This document shows, piece after piece, positions 35,776 to 48,800 of a DNA stretch of 64,000 bases; position 1 is the stretch's first letter, and the number at the start of each line of letters is the position of its first letter. The notes below the pieces were generated by a model. It had not been told where the DNA came from and searched no databases. It worked only from the letters and a program-made list of their open reading frames with translations. Origin of the DNA: Paecilomyces variotii (lineage: Eukaryota); assembly GCA_004022145.1 (NCBI GenBank), contig RCNU01000002.1, one strand, 5' to 3'. A program made the position numbers and the translations under genes.

Positions 35776-37926
35776 TCAGTGGTTGAGGCGGACTTCCCTC
35801 AAGGTGCGGCGTCTGCGAGCCTCATGCTGCTTGATGATACCAAAACGTTCGTGGTCTGCAGCCAACTTTCTCTTAAAAAGAGTCAGGTCATTCAAGATAT
35901 CTTCCATGCTGGCCTGCATTTCCTGCGCCTCAACCTGGCTAGCCTCAAGCTCGATGGCGTTGTCTTCTTCCCAGACGAGGTCCGGTTCAGGCTGCAACTC
36001 AGGAGAAGGAGTAGCAATATCACGTTCGCTTTCCTCCGCAGAGTCGTGCTCTTCCTTCTCCTGAACGGAACCCAGGCTACTCTTGCGCCTTTCGACGGCA
36101 ATCGGAATAGGATTCTTCAGACTTTCGAGGGCCAGCTTAAGATGAATGCGAAGAGCCTCATTCTCCGTCTGGAGCTGCCGGATCTTGCAGTCAGCCACCA
36201 TCTTGGTCTCCTCCATCAAGCGCTGCATCTTGTCGACCTTCTGCTGATACTCCTCTAGTTTCTCGTTCGACGCCTCACTCTCACGCTTATTATTATTGGC
36301 CGTGGCCTGGCTCAAGTTGAGCTGCAGGGTGCGGATGGTATCGGCCATCTGCTCAATCTGCGCATCGCGCTCTGCCGCCGACACATGGTCTTGGTTTACG
36401 ATTGCACGCGTGCGAATATGCTTGGCCTGGTCGGCGTAACGAAGAGTCGACAGTGTCTCCTCGTAATCCGAAGGAGAAATGCAGGCAATCATGGCCGTCT
36501 TCGAATTTCCACCCAGGCTATCCTTCAGCAACCACGTGAGAATCGAGTCGCGGTACGGCACCACATCCTTGCTCTTGCTCTTCCTTCCGCTGGGGCGCTG
36601 CTGTTTCGGGTCAGCCAATGCCGCGATCACCCTTCCCAGAGTGGTCAGCGACTTGTTAATGTTTGAACCCTCACGAAGCCTCTGGCCAGTGGCCTCCGTG
36701 GATTTGGCACGTTCGGATCCAGCGAGATCAACCAGTCTAATACGAGCGTTCCGTTCTGTGGTCTCATCAGTGTTAATGTCGTGATGGATCTGCTTCAGCG
36801 TGATGGTGAAAACCGCATGAGACCGCGAGGACGTATCATTCATCTTCGTGCTGGCAGTGGTACGTGAGGTGTCACCCTTTCTCATGTACTTCATGAGTTC
36901 CGCGAAGCTTCTAACAGGAACCTCAGTCAGGTCCTTGACGTATGGTCCGTCCGTGGGCGATTCGCGAATCTTGAGGTAGTAAGGCGGGTCCGTACGTGGA
37001 ACAAGCAAGTCACGCACATGCTCGTTGTACACCTCGAAGTACGACACGCGAACATTATAGCTGATGTCAGGACACTGGGAGTTTTCGATGCGCTCGAAGA
37101 GATCTTCGCAGGTGCGAGGGATCAGGCCAGGCTGGTCAGGCGTTCCCATCATGGTATAACTCTTTCCAGAGCCCGTCTGGCCATATGCAAAGATACAAGT
37201 GTGGTATCCCTCAAAGTTGTGGTCCAGGAATTCCTCTCCAAGGGAGTTGTACACATCTTCCTGGTGGGCATAATGTTCATCTGTCTCATCGTGAGACCAA
37301 AAGGAATTGTCAAAGACGAATGACTTGTCTTCAAGTATCTTCCCGCGTGCCTGCGATTTCGGTTTACCTGCATCCGCAAGATCAGGCTTCGGGGCCAAAA
37401 GCTTGGTAGTCTGAGTGCGCGGATCCATTGAGATGAGGCATTCCGCTCCACGTTCGATCTCTGTTTGAAACAATTCCAGTGTTAGCCACTACTGGCGATT
37501 GGAGCTCTTCGACACCTTTTCGTGCACCACCCAACAGATCGAGGTATGCGACATGAGAAACGTACCTCTTGGCAGGAACTTCCTGACTCTCACGACAACC
37601 CGCACGTTACCTCCGGGGACCGGGCTCGAGACACCATCCCGACAGCCGGCTGGTACCACCACACTCTCTCTGGATCTCAGAGATGGGCTTGAGGCCGAAG
37701 ACCTGAAGGTTGCAGCGGATGCGCTCGAAGTGACGCTAGTCGCGCCGGTATGCCCACTGAGCACAGTTGATCCCGTACTCGAGACCGAAGAGTGTGAGCC
37801 AGGGCCATATCCATGACTCGGGCTGAAAAAGCGCGTATCGATGTCCATCTTGTCACTGTTCTCCCGCAACAATCGTTGACACTCAGCAACTAGCTCCCGT
37901 TGACGTTGAAGAAGTTGATGGTACAT
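35776..37926 (-). CDS. Truncated-tail kinesin-3 motor (UncB/Nkin3-like); start uncertain
   Basis: NVRVVVRVR, FVFDNSFWSH, P-loop GQTGSGKS, NDTSSRSHA, LVDLAGSER, VPYRDSILTWLLKDSLGGNS. Short coiled-coil tail with no FHA or PH domain. Confidence 0.93.
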
Positions 37927-39151
37927 ACATGCATAAGAGAAACAGAAACGAAGTCTTAGGGTATCGAAAATCGAAAGCAGACGAAGTCTCTAGCATGCAC
38001 GATATTTGAGCTGCTGGTTGCAGGAGATGCGCTGCACAGCTTCGTTGATGTTGCTTGTGTTTGCGATGACTTCTGTTGGTTGACGCGGCGATAAAGGTCA
38101 GCTCTCTTCCGCGACAGAGCTTCCCCGCATAGGGGGCATGCAAGGGCAGTTTCCAGTATTGACTTACCACAGGCAGCTGGATCTCTAACCTGAGCCTCCA
38201 GGCTCACAATCTGGAGCTCCAGATACTGCAATCTGTAGTGTTGCTGTTATATCCGTGCTGTATGCAGGAACTGTTGTCCTTCGTTATGGTTTTGCTTGAA
38301 CAAGTTTAGGCGGATTGCGGCAGGTAAGCAAGTGCAACCATTAAGGTTTGGTGCGACCGCATGGCTGGTGCGTTAAGGGACGGGACTGTTATCATTGCGG
38401 GTAGCGATTTTGCCTCCAACTGGCTTAGAACTTTCCTTCTCGCAATTCTAGCCCGGGTAGAGCTCACTTTGTTGCTATGGCAATTGACAGCCCTGTCGCA
38501 ATCTTACGCAGGACCAAAAGTGCAGAAGGACCATACCCAGTAAAAGAAACAATAATAGCCCAGACCTATAGATTTAGGCAATTGCAGCGTAACAGACTTC
38601 TACCTATATGGTTTTTATATATAACTAGCTTTCAAACTACCCCAGAAATCATCTAATAGATAGCGTTGAGGGTCCTCGATGCATATCATGCTCAGATTCC
38701 CCGTTCTAATCCGTATACACGCGACAGATGGGGTCCGTCAAGTGACGTGGACCAGCGCCGGTGTGAGAAATCAACATGTCCTGCAGAGCAAACACTACTA
38801 GTCACAAAGGATTTACAGTAGAACAAAGCGGATGGTCTAGAACCTTTGTATCTTTATCAGAAACAACAGTGAATAATAGAGCAGGGCAGAAAGTGGGGTT
38901 GGCGACCGTTTCTCTTTCTTCAGGGCCACAGTACTGTAGAGCACTTTGCTCACATACCTCTCGCTGGTGACACGATAATGGGAAACAACCTTATTGTAAT
39001 GATCGAATCGGGAGTGAGTAATGTATAATATGCTTAGTACCAGTCATCTACCAAAATGGGTACATATCTCTATCGATTGCTGTACTGAGAAAATAGACTC
39101 TCTAAGTGGCGCAAGTTATGTAGAAATGCAATAATCAAAAGGATTATAGAA

Positions 39152-41089
39152 TCATGCAAGTCCTTTAGGCAATAGCTCCTTCCCAACCTCCTTAAGAAGG
39201 AACTCATCCTTCAGCGTAGGGATCTTGCTCTTCGCCTCAACCGTTTCGGTAATCCCCATCGCCTTGCAGAGGTCGATCACTTCGCCATCAAGAGGTGCCT
39301 CGTATATGAAAAGACCCAATGCGAAAAGGAAGCCGTGAAAGGCCTCCACGCTCTCTTCCTCGGTGCCTATCGCTTCTAGGAGAGAGGCGACCAGCTCAAC
39401 TTGGTCTGCTTCGGGTAATTTGTCTGAGCGACCTTCAAACCGCTCGTTATGATTGAAGGCAGCCAGGTTGTATGCCAGGGAGGCGGCCACCACTCGCAGA
39501 TTCGTCTGACTGTCAAGCAAACAACCGGTGAGGAGTCGGATGCAAGTCTCTCGGAGAGGCTGGTAGGAAGCGATCTGTTCAGGATAAAGAGGGGTGGTAA
39601 ATAGATTGCAAGCGAGCTGAAGCATGACGATACGAAGGTTGTAGGGACATGATGGAAGGTCATTGGAACGTGAAAGGAGAGTGAGGAGTGTCTTCTGTTC
39701 AGGTTCCTCGGCGAAGAACCCGCTCACACGGGGATCAAGAAAGGCTAGTCGCATCATGTCGACAAAAGCAAAGTGGATATCGGATGGCAGGCTGGGATAA
39801 GTGGATTGGATGAACGCAGCAAGCGACGAAAGGTTGGGGATCGGTGTTTCCGCTGGCATATTCGAGTTCCTGGCCTTGATAAAGTCGACAACGGACTGAA
39901 TCGTCGGATCTTGCCCGTGAGATCCGATCTTTTGCTGAAGCTTCCCGAGCGGAGGTACCTTCTTGTACGTAACGTAATTTGTGAGTTTCCTCTGGAAGCT
40001 CGGCAGCCTTAACTGCGCATGAGGATGGGGTGGGTGAGCCATTTGAATGAGCATGCGGACGTTTCCTCGAAGCTGTCCCGGGTTCGCGCCGCTCCACTCG
40101 TTCTCTTTCTGACCCTTCAAGAAGGTCATGAATGTCGGAGTCGCGCGGACGCCATACTTCATGCTTACATCGTAGGCATAGTTCAGGTCGACTTTTATCA
40201 ACACAGCCTTGTCTCCTGCCTCCTCTGCTAATTCGTCGTATGTGGGATAGCAGATTTTGCATGGCGCACATGTAGAGGACGTGAAGAATATAACGGCACA
40301 TGAGTCCTTAGCGCCAGCCAGCATTTCTTCTAGCTCTTTTAGATTGCTGACATTGTGGACTTGGCCCGTAACAGCAACTCTCTTCCCTGGCGCTGGCACT
40401 CGTTCTTGCGGTCGTGCGACTGGAGCAGCTGCGGATGGAACCTCTTGGCCCGTTGGGGTCTGTGTAACTCCACGCATAGCTGACTCTAGTTGCGGTTTCA
40501 TCATCTGTCCAAATGGAGTGCTCAGGAACGTCTGCGGTAGACTCGTTATGTGCTCTGGGATGCCCTTGCCGACAAGAAACATGGAGAGGTCTTGCGTGAA
40601 GTTATTGCAGTTGTGCAGGAACAGATCATAGGACTATAGATTTTTGGAGTCAGCCAACTGCCAACTGTACCAAACTCTGATAGCATATTGGGTAGATGAA
40701 AATACAGTACCTCTGGAGTATAAACTTCAGCCAAAGAGTTGATATATTCCTGTATTACCTCCCCCGGAAGCTCCGTCCGACCCATGTGCAGAACCTCCAT
40801 GGGCTGGCCATGGTGCGTGGTCCCAGGCACTGTCTTCTGTATTCCATGGCCGAAGAAATATTCCACGCCGCCAAAGACAAGAGAAGTGTGGTAAATTGCG
40901 TCTATCTGGACTCCGGTCAAAGCGAGCGAATACTGTGATCGCGCGTTAGAGAATCAGCCAGATGTATTATCATGTAGCACATACAGCTCGCGCGAGACCC
41001 TATTCCCACCGTTAGTAAAGAAGTTCTTCATAAATCTATGTATGCGACTCCACCTTTGAAAGATCATAAACGTACAGCTCTACATCCAT
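39152..41089 (-). CDS. PPPDE (DeSI) peptidase - thioredoxin - PUL domain fusion protein; includes a 15-nt microexon at 40985-40999
   Basis: MDVELYVYDLSK|GLARA|YSLALTGVQIDAIYHTSLV (catalytic His) and YDLFLHNCNNF (catalytic Cys), followed by thioredoxin CAPC..VRATPTF and a C-terminal helical PUL-like region. Confidence 0.9.
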
Positions 41090-41466
41090 GGCGATAGAGC
41101 ACGATAGATAGAGTACTCTAGAGCGAACGCGATCTCTAGATTGGAACTACAGAATATACAATATATTTCCGCAAAAGAATGCAATGAGATATGTGAGGAA
41201 AGGACAGTATGGTGTAACAGGTCTGTATCTAATAGACTACGCGCCGTAATGCTGGCTCAGCCCTGCGATGCTAACTAGGCACCGGGAACCATAACGTCAG
41301 CCCTCGGTGTTTCCATGAGATACTAGCGCCCGCCGCGTGACACGGCTAGCCTCCGTCATTTAACAGCGCTTCAACTCGAAGAAACATTAAGTAGAAAATT
41401 ATTTATGAAACGATACACGAATATTCCTATAAGACTGAGAGCCACGCAATATAAAGCAACTCGTTA

Positions 41467-42186
41467 CTAAAGGTTCAGGGGCGCGAGTGGCTCATTCCCT
41501 GTAAGCCCTCTTTTTCGGAGAAGAACATCTCGATATTCCAGATATTCTTTGTATGCTGGTTTCGGGACAGTCCTATCTTCATTCTCCCATACTTGGAATC
41601 TAACCTTCTCCCAAACCTCAAGTTGACGAGTAAGATTCGTGCTCGGTTTGATTCTTTGCTTTGATTGAACAAAATGCAATACGTCTGCTTGCTGCATATT
41701 AAACTTGCGCATAAGATAGGCAATGATAACAGTCGGCGAGCGTGATATCCCAAGATCACAATGAATTAATATCGCCCCCGAAGCAGCACCGCGCCCCTCG
41801 TCATTTGTTTCATATTCGCCCTCGACGGGTAAGGAGGGCAATGAGGAAAGAGCTGGGGACGCCATTTGGTCAATAAAGTCGCAAATATCACTCATATGGG
41901 CGAGGAGGTCTTGGGTCGACGAATCTGCACACTGAACCCATTTGTGACGATATTCTGGAACGCCCGCCTGTCTTGTAATGGTATTCCACCATACCCATCG
42001 AGCATCTGTGAGAGAGACAATTGCGTTGATATGGTTTTTTTGAAGCATTTCCCGTTTGTATGATGCCTCGACATTTCCCAGGAAGAGACCAGGGACAATC
42101 TGCCTCATCCGAGCCGTAAATGCCATCTCCCACTTCTTGTTCCTCTCCTGCTGAGAAATTTCTCTTGTAGCATTTTTACCCGTCAT
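41467..42186 (-). CDS. Dual-specificity protein phosphatase, intronless
   Basis: QIVPGLFLGN, D-loop ADSSTQDLL and active site ILIHCDLGISRSPTVIIAYLM. Confidence 0.9.
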   Translation of the reverse strand: MTGKNATREISQQERNKKWEMAFTARMRQIVPGLFLGNVEASYKREMLQKNHINAIVSLTDARWVWWNTITRQAGVPEYRHKWVQCADSSTQDLLAHMSDICDFIDQMASPALSSLPSLPVEGEYETNDEGRGAASGAILIHCDLGISRSPTVIIAYLMRKFNMQQADVLHFVQSKQRIKPSTNLTRQLEVWEKVRFQVWENEDRTVPKPAYKEYLEYRDVLLRKRGLTGNEPLAPLNL

Positions 42187-42438
42187 GTTTGTGCTCCTGG
42201 CTTAAAGCTAGGGAGAGGTCTGAGGTTGCTCGTAAGGTTAAGGTAGATGGGAAGTTGTGGTGCTTGGTTATTACAGTAAGACACGAGGAGCCAAGCCCGG
42301 CGAAGTAAGTACTGTACTTATCGCAACGTTAAGTTGGTCGCCGTTCCGCCCTCCTGCTGCCTGTCCCGCGCCGAACCAGACCGACACCGCAATGCGATAG
42401 CATCCAGTTCTGTTTTCTGTTCCAGCATTTAGGTTGAA

Positions 42439-43163
42439 ATGGTGCGTATCTCATATATTGCTATTCTTGTGATTAGTAGCTAACACTTCATTCTCCCACA
42501 GCCCCCGAAGCGCCGAGGCGGCGGAGCGGCCGCAGCAGCTACCCCGAGGAAAGGCAGACAGTCCAAGCTTGCGAAGGAGAACGACATAACAGCTGAGGAA
42601 GAGAATGAGATCAAGGAGGCTTTCCACCTCTTCTCAACAGTCAATGAAGAATTTGAGGACGAGAAAGAAGGCGTGATCCGTACTCAGGATGTGCGGAGAG
42701 CTCTTGTGTAAGTCGTCCGGATCTAGGTCGTGGCCTTCGCATTGTCGCACCCATCAAAGAAAGTCACGGTATCAAGGCGACTAATCCACTGTACAGAGCT
42801 ATTGGGCTTCCGCCCTCTGACTCCCAAGAACTGTCTTCGATTCTCGCTGCTATTGACCCCACCTCGACGGGGTTCGTTCCATACGCCCCGTTCCTCTCCG
42901 TTGCTGCTGCAAAATTACATGCTCGTGGTGACGATGCCCTTGACTCCGAAGTCGAGGCAGCCTTCCGATTGTTTACACTGGGAAACGATGGACCTATCAC
43001 CCTTGGTCATCTGCGCCGGATCGCTCGTGATTTGAAGGAGGACAGTGTTGGAGACGAATTACTGAAAGACATGATCCGGGAGGCCAATGGCGGAGCGGGT
43101 GTGAATGACGGCGTGACGCTCGAACAGTTTCGCGACGTGATGGCTAGAGCAGGAGTGTTTTGA
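42439..43163 (+). CDS. Centrin/calmodulin-like EF-hand protein, 3 exons; first coding exon is ATG only
   Basis: M|PPKRRGGG...EENEIKEAFHLF...DVRRAL...AIDPTSTGFVPY...EVEAAFRLFT...LKDMIREANGG..GVTLEQFRDVMARAGVF. The EF loops are degenerate. Confidence 0.85.
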
Positions 43164-43746
43164 TGATCTCGGACTGTCTATATTCTCGTGCTCAAGGAGT
43201 TGGTGGCTTTGCGGAAGGCGTTTCTTTCTTCTGGTATGGGTCTAGGAGTCTACTTTCGGCGTGCATTTTCCCTTGGAGGTGCCTGTGAATGCAGTATTTT
43301 AAGTGCATACTCCGAACATGATTATGATATATTCGATGCCAACCTTGCACACGCTGAGAATGATAAACCTGTAAAGAAATTACATTTGGGATGAATTCCG
43401 AGGCCCTCACATGGACCGTTGCGCTGAAGAGAGCACAGAGAAATGAATCAAAGACAGGGTATCATACTATGGCCAATAACTATACATAAGAAAATTTACA
43501 TTAAAATGTATCTGATCAGTTGTATATGATAAAAAAGAGGGCAATAATGCACAAGTAAGTTTCATGGCTGATGATTGTAACGCCAGGCGATGCCCCGCCA
43601 CCCCGCCTACTTAGTTAAAATTTATCGATGTGATAAGATCAAGAAAAAAAGATCTCTGGTCCGACTTCGCAACGCGACCATCAAAACCAGACCATCACAT
43701 TCCCTTCACTCTTTCTTTCTCTGACTTCAAAAATTAATACCTGACA

Positions 43747-44824
43747 ATGGCTCCAGCTGCGATCGATATCAGCACTGAGGGCGTGGATCCCACCGTCCTT
43801 GCACTGCGCAAGACCCTCACTAACGAATCTGAGCCCCTCGCTCGCCGCTTCCGCGCCCTTTTCTCGCTGAAGCACCTTGCCTGTCTGCAGCCGCCGAACG
43901 AGAAGACTGTGCCAGCTATTCAGGCGATCGCTGCTGGCTTTGCCTCTTCTTCGGAACTTTTGAAGCATGAGCTCGCATACTGTCTTGGCCAGTCGAAGAA
44001 CCGCAACTCTGTCTCCTACCTTGAACATGTCCTCAAAGACCCCCAGGAGGATACGATGTGCCGGCACGAAGCCGCGGAAGCTCTGGGAGCGTTGGGCTAT
44101 GAGGACAGTTTGGACCTACTGAAGAAGCTACGAGATGACAGCAATGAGTCGGACGTGATCAGGGAGACCTGCGACATTGCTGTTGACAGGATTCTCTGGG
44201 AGAATTCCGAGGAAAGAAAGGCCGAGAAATTGAAGCAGAGGTACATTGCTTTCATATCTATTCCTTTTTGGGTGACAGGGCTAATACATGATTTTCCCGT
44301 GCAACAGTGACTTCGCTTCTATTGATCCTGCTCCACCGCTCCCGCTGGCATCCAAGGAGCCCTCCATCCCTGAACTCGAGGCGACACTACTCGACACGAA
44401 ACTTCCTCTTTTCAAGAGATACCGCGCTATGTTCGCCCTTCGCGACCTTGCGTCCCCTCCAGATCTGCCCACCGCTGTTCCTGCTATTCACGCCCTCGCG
44501 AAGGGACTGCAGGACCCTTCTGCACTGTTCCGTCACGAAATCGCATTCGTCTTCGGACAGCTCTGCCATCCAGCTTCGATCCCAAGTCTAACAGCTACAC
44601 TGAGCAACCAGGAGGAGGTTGGTATGGTCAGACACGAAGCCGCTGAAGCGCTCGGAAGCTTGGGCGACGAAGAAGGCGTTGAAGAAACCCTGAGAAAGTT
44701 CCTGAATGATCCGGAGCAGGTCGTGAGGGATAGTATCGTCGTCGCTCTCGACATGGCAGAATACGAGAAGAATGGAGAGATCGAGTATGCGCTTCTACCC
44801 GATACAGCGGTGCCAGCCGCCTGA
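43747..44824 (+). CDS. LIA1: Deoxyhypusine hydroxylase, 2 exons
   Basis: HEAT-like repeats with four HE iron ligands (LLKHELAY, CRHEAAEA, FRHEIAF, VRHEAAEA) and FASIDPAPP. Confidence 0.97.
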
Positions 44825-44923
44825 GTTTGTCGCAAAATTTCCGGCGTTTGGTGTTGATGATCGGTTTCCGCTCCCCTTAGCTTGTAAAAGCTGGTTTGAT
44901 TACGTATATAAAAAGTATTCCGT

Positions 44924-45404
44924 TCAGTTTTGTACAGTTTCCCTGGAGAGTATATTAGTACTGCGGAATCCAAGAGCAATTCAATATGGCTGGCATACTT
45001 GTAACCGCAAACACAGGAGTAGAAGATCGTGCTTCCTTCATCTGCACTACGCAATTGGACACTCGTGTAGAACATCTCCTTCCTTCCACATCTTTCACAT
45101 GTCCTCTGGGCAACGGCTTCGGTCTTTCTATCCTCGGTAGTCAAGGTCTGCACTGCGGATCTCTTCGCGCGGAGAGCGGAGGGAAAAGCATTCGGTTTCG
45201 ATTCAGAAACGATAGTCTTCGGGACAATGTCTGACGGCATAATGAGTGATTGAAGCCTCAGACTTTGGCTGAGAATGAGAGAAACTCACCTCTGTTTCGC
45301 GCTCCGCAGACATCGCAGACGATAATAGTATTCACGTCGCCTCTTGATTCCTGCAGAAGGTTTCCGCAGTCAGTGCAGAAAATCAATGATCCAATCGCCG
45401 ACAT
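44924..45404 (-). CDS. RPA12: RNA polymerase I subunit A12, 3 exons
   Basis: MSAIGSLIFCTDCGNLL...CDVC and a TFIIS-like C-terminal ribbon CERC...QLRSADEGSTIFYSC. Confidence 0.96.
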
Positions 45405-45839
45405 TTCGTGTGCGCAGTCGCGTATATTTTTCTTTCACAAAATAGAGTGCTTCCTTCAAAGACTGTTCTACGGTAGAAAAACCTAACGCGCAGCTGCGAA
45501 TCGTAGGGATCTCGATATTAAAGATCGAATATTTTTTTTTCTTCGGAAAGGATTTGCACGGACCGAGAGAGAGAGAGAGCGGGAGCCAAGCGTTGGGCGG
45601 TGGAGCAATTCATGGGCGGCAAAGAATCACGCTTGCAATGCACGGCGCGCTTAACGAGCGGGTGCCTGGCATCGTATCCAGCATTTCAGAGACTATTTCG
45701 AGGGGAAGTGCACTCAGTGCCCATGACCATGACTCTTGAGCTTGCAGTTCCTCATGGCCTTGTCTATGAGCGGGAACCGCTTCTTTCTCTCTACTAACCT
45801 CCCCTCTAGCAGCTCATCTCCGTGACAGGGACAGACGTC

Positions 45840-48800
45840 ATGGACCAGATCCGTCACCCAGCGGTCCAGGTGGTCATCAATGGCCATCCGCAGGCCGCAG
45901 CTCATGGCCATGGAACCGTTAATGGCACGGGGCAGCGGCATGTACGGCCTTTGTCAGTCGATGAAGCGCTGCGGTATTCCCCGATGAGCAGTGCTCCCAT
46001 CTTTGGTCTAGGTGCGTTTTGATGACACTTCAATCTGATAGTAGAATCTTCTCACACATTGATATTGCTTGATAGACTGTATCCTTCACCCTGATATCGG
46101 CCGTTCTTCGACCACCGCTGCAGTTGGCCACGACCGCTCTGCCCGCAATACCCTACATGACCTCGATAACGAGACTCGCTCCGGGTCTGGCGAGTCCACT
46201 CGACTAGAGACGACACGGGAATATCTGCAACAGTTGTTGGATGGGGACCAGTTGACTGAATTGTGAGACATTAGCGTCTCCAGTTATTATTCGCTTGCTG
46301 ACGATACCTATAGCAAATTCAAACTTCCAGCTGGCACAGCAGCCCCGAGTACCCTGTCACCGACTCCCAACACTCAGTCTATGGGTATTCATAGTTTGGG
46401 TCCGTTCGCGAGGATGATGCTGGAGTCAACGGATATAGCGTTTCGGTGTAAGCTGCTTCCCTCAAATCTTAAAGGTTGTATAGGAGCATCTCATTAAGAA
46501 AGTTAGATCCTGCCCCTGCGACACCCAGCTCCAAATCCAAAGATGGAGATCGTTCTCAAAAATCTCTTCTTACACCAGTATCGGCATCAAGAGGACCATC
46601 ATCATTTAACGAGCAAGCCTCCCTTCGCAACAATACTGCCAGTGTGCTCTGTGCGAAAGAAGGATCTCCTCTGAAACCCACCGTCGTCGTTCCTCCTCTT
46701 CCGCCATCGTCTCAGCATACGGAATACGAGCCGCTTCCCGACGCGAGTCCATTCAAGAAGAGGAAGTTAGAGACAGATGTCACAGGTAATCTCAGAGCGA
46801 TACGCCTAAGAGACCAGAAGGAAGAAGCAGATGCCGCCTTGTTGAAGTTGCAGGATATTCTACACGAGATATTCGAGGCTGAAGATCGGCTCGAACCTGA
46901 TACATCATCTTTGGCTGCGACTCCGGTGTTGAACGCGATCTTTAAAACAACTAATTCACTAGAGGTCAATGGCTTCATCCTCACCTCCGAGGTACATAGC
47001 CGCCTTCAGAAAGCTATCCAGAAGGTGGTAAGCTTCGGGAGATTGCAAGATATTCCTTCTGATTACTTGACTCGGATCCAGAAACTGTGCGAGGGGCCTA
47101 TAATCTCCGCCCAGGCCCCAGACCTGAAATTAGATGATCCTTCTAATGATTCAGAATCTCAAGAATGGCTGAAGAAACTCGAAGATATGCAAAATGCACT
47201 TTTAGCAATCAACACACTACTCCAGACCATGTCCGGAAGTGGGAGTGAAAGGGATCTGTGCCCAGAAGAACTCGTGCAAGCAATCCCAGGGGTCTTGAAC
47301 CAAGTTTTCGATAACTGCATCATCCCTGCCGTCGAGGCGCGGTTGGGCGGTAAAGGCTCACAATTCTTCGAGTTCTTCTCTACACAGAGACAGATCATTG
47401 GAAGTCTAACTCACCAAACCAAGAAAGTCTTAGCTTTGTTGGCAAAGTTCCTTTCCAGAGTCGACGTTTCTGAAGGCACTATCACCGCAACGGAGTTCCT
47501 CGCGGCCAAATTAATTTTCGTGGAGAATGCTCACAATGACAAAGAATCCGCTGTTGGCCATCAGAGATACGAGTCTGTCCGCCGTGGAGCAATGGACGTC
47601 CTCGCTAAGATATTCTCGAAGTATCCTCTTCAGCGTCCATACATTCTCGATGAGATTCTCGTCTCATTAGAGAAACTGCCTTCCACCCGTCAAAATGCGA
47701 GACAGTTCAAGCTCATAGATGGCAAGAATATCCAGTTTCTCACTGCGTTGGTGCTGCAACTCGTGCAAACCACTGCACTAGAAGTCCATTCGAACAGACC
47801 GTCAAAAAGTAAACGCCGACTTCCTGTGAAGCCAGAGAAGGGTAGCGACGACGACGACGAATTGTTGGGTGACGGTGACGACCAGGAAGACAGTGAGTCC
47901 GATGAAGACTTACCAGCATCTCGAGCAACGTTCCACCGGCTTGCGAGTCGAGTAGACCGTCTCCATGACAATGCGGTTCGCAGTGCGCAGTACATAGTGA
48001 AGTTCATCGTACAGCGTGCCATGACCTCGACGAAGACTGGGGACCAGCCGTATCGAAATATTCTGGATTTGTTCACAGAGGATCTCATTAGCGTTCTCGG
48101 CTCTACGGACTGGCCCGCCGCGGAATTATTGTTGCGTGTGATGGCCTCTCATATGGTTGGTCTCGCTGATCATGATAAGAGCCCTGCGACTGTGAAAAAC
48201 ATGGCACTTGAAATATTGGGCTGGATGGGATCCGCGATCTCGGATCTCACGGCTGCTGCACAACACTCGATCTCTTCTATGGAGGACACCGGTAGTGAAC
48301 TCACGGAGTATCTCCGGCAGCTGTTTGACGAACATTCACGACATGCATTACACCCTGAGGACTTAATTTCCCCAGAGGGCCCCTACCGCATTGCTCTTGA
48401 ATATCTACAGGACCGTGACTTGGGTGACTGGCAGCTCACAAGTGCTCGTGGCTACTACTTGACTCAATGGGCCAAGACTGCATGTCTCACCTACTACGAT
48501 TCCAATAACAAGGACCTGGTCAGTAGAAGCAACGACAGCGAAGAGCTACTGATCATTCTGGCCAAAATGCTGGAGGACCCGGTATGGCTAGAAACCCATA
48601 GGTCTGTACAATATGTTCTTCTCTGCAGGGAATAATGCTGACATTCTTAATAGCCACTTCAACAACGTCTCTTCCGCTCATGGCAAATTCGCTTACATTA
48701 TCACTGTCTTAAATATGGGATTCTGTAAAGCTTTCGACATGATATTGAAAGTACTACTAAATTCTATAACGAGTGACCAAGCCAAGGTACGTAGTCGCAG

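Noticed and set aside
44533-44990. Apparent long overlap of the RPA12 ORF (44533-45240) with LIA1
   Set aside because: This is read-through of an intron. Splicing gives the short terminal exon ETVQN with the stop at 44924.
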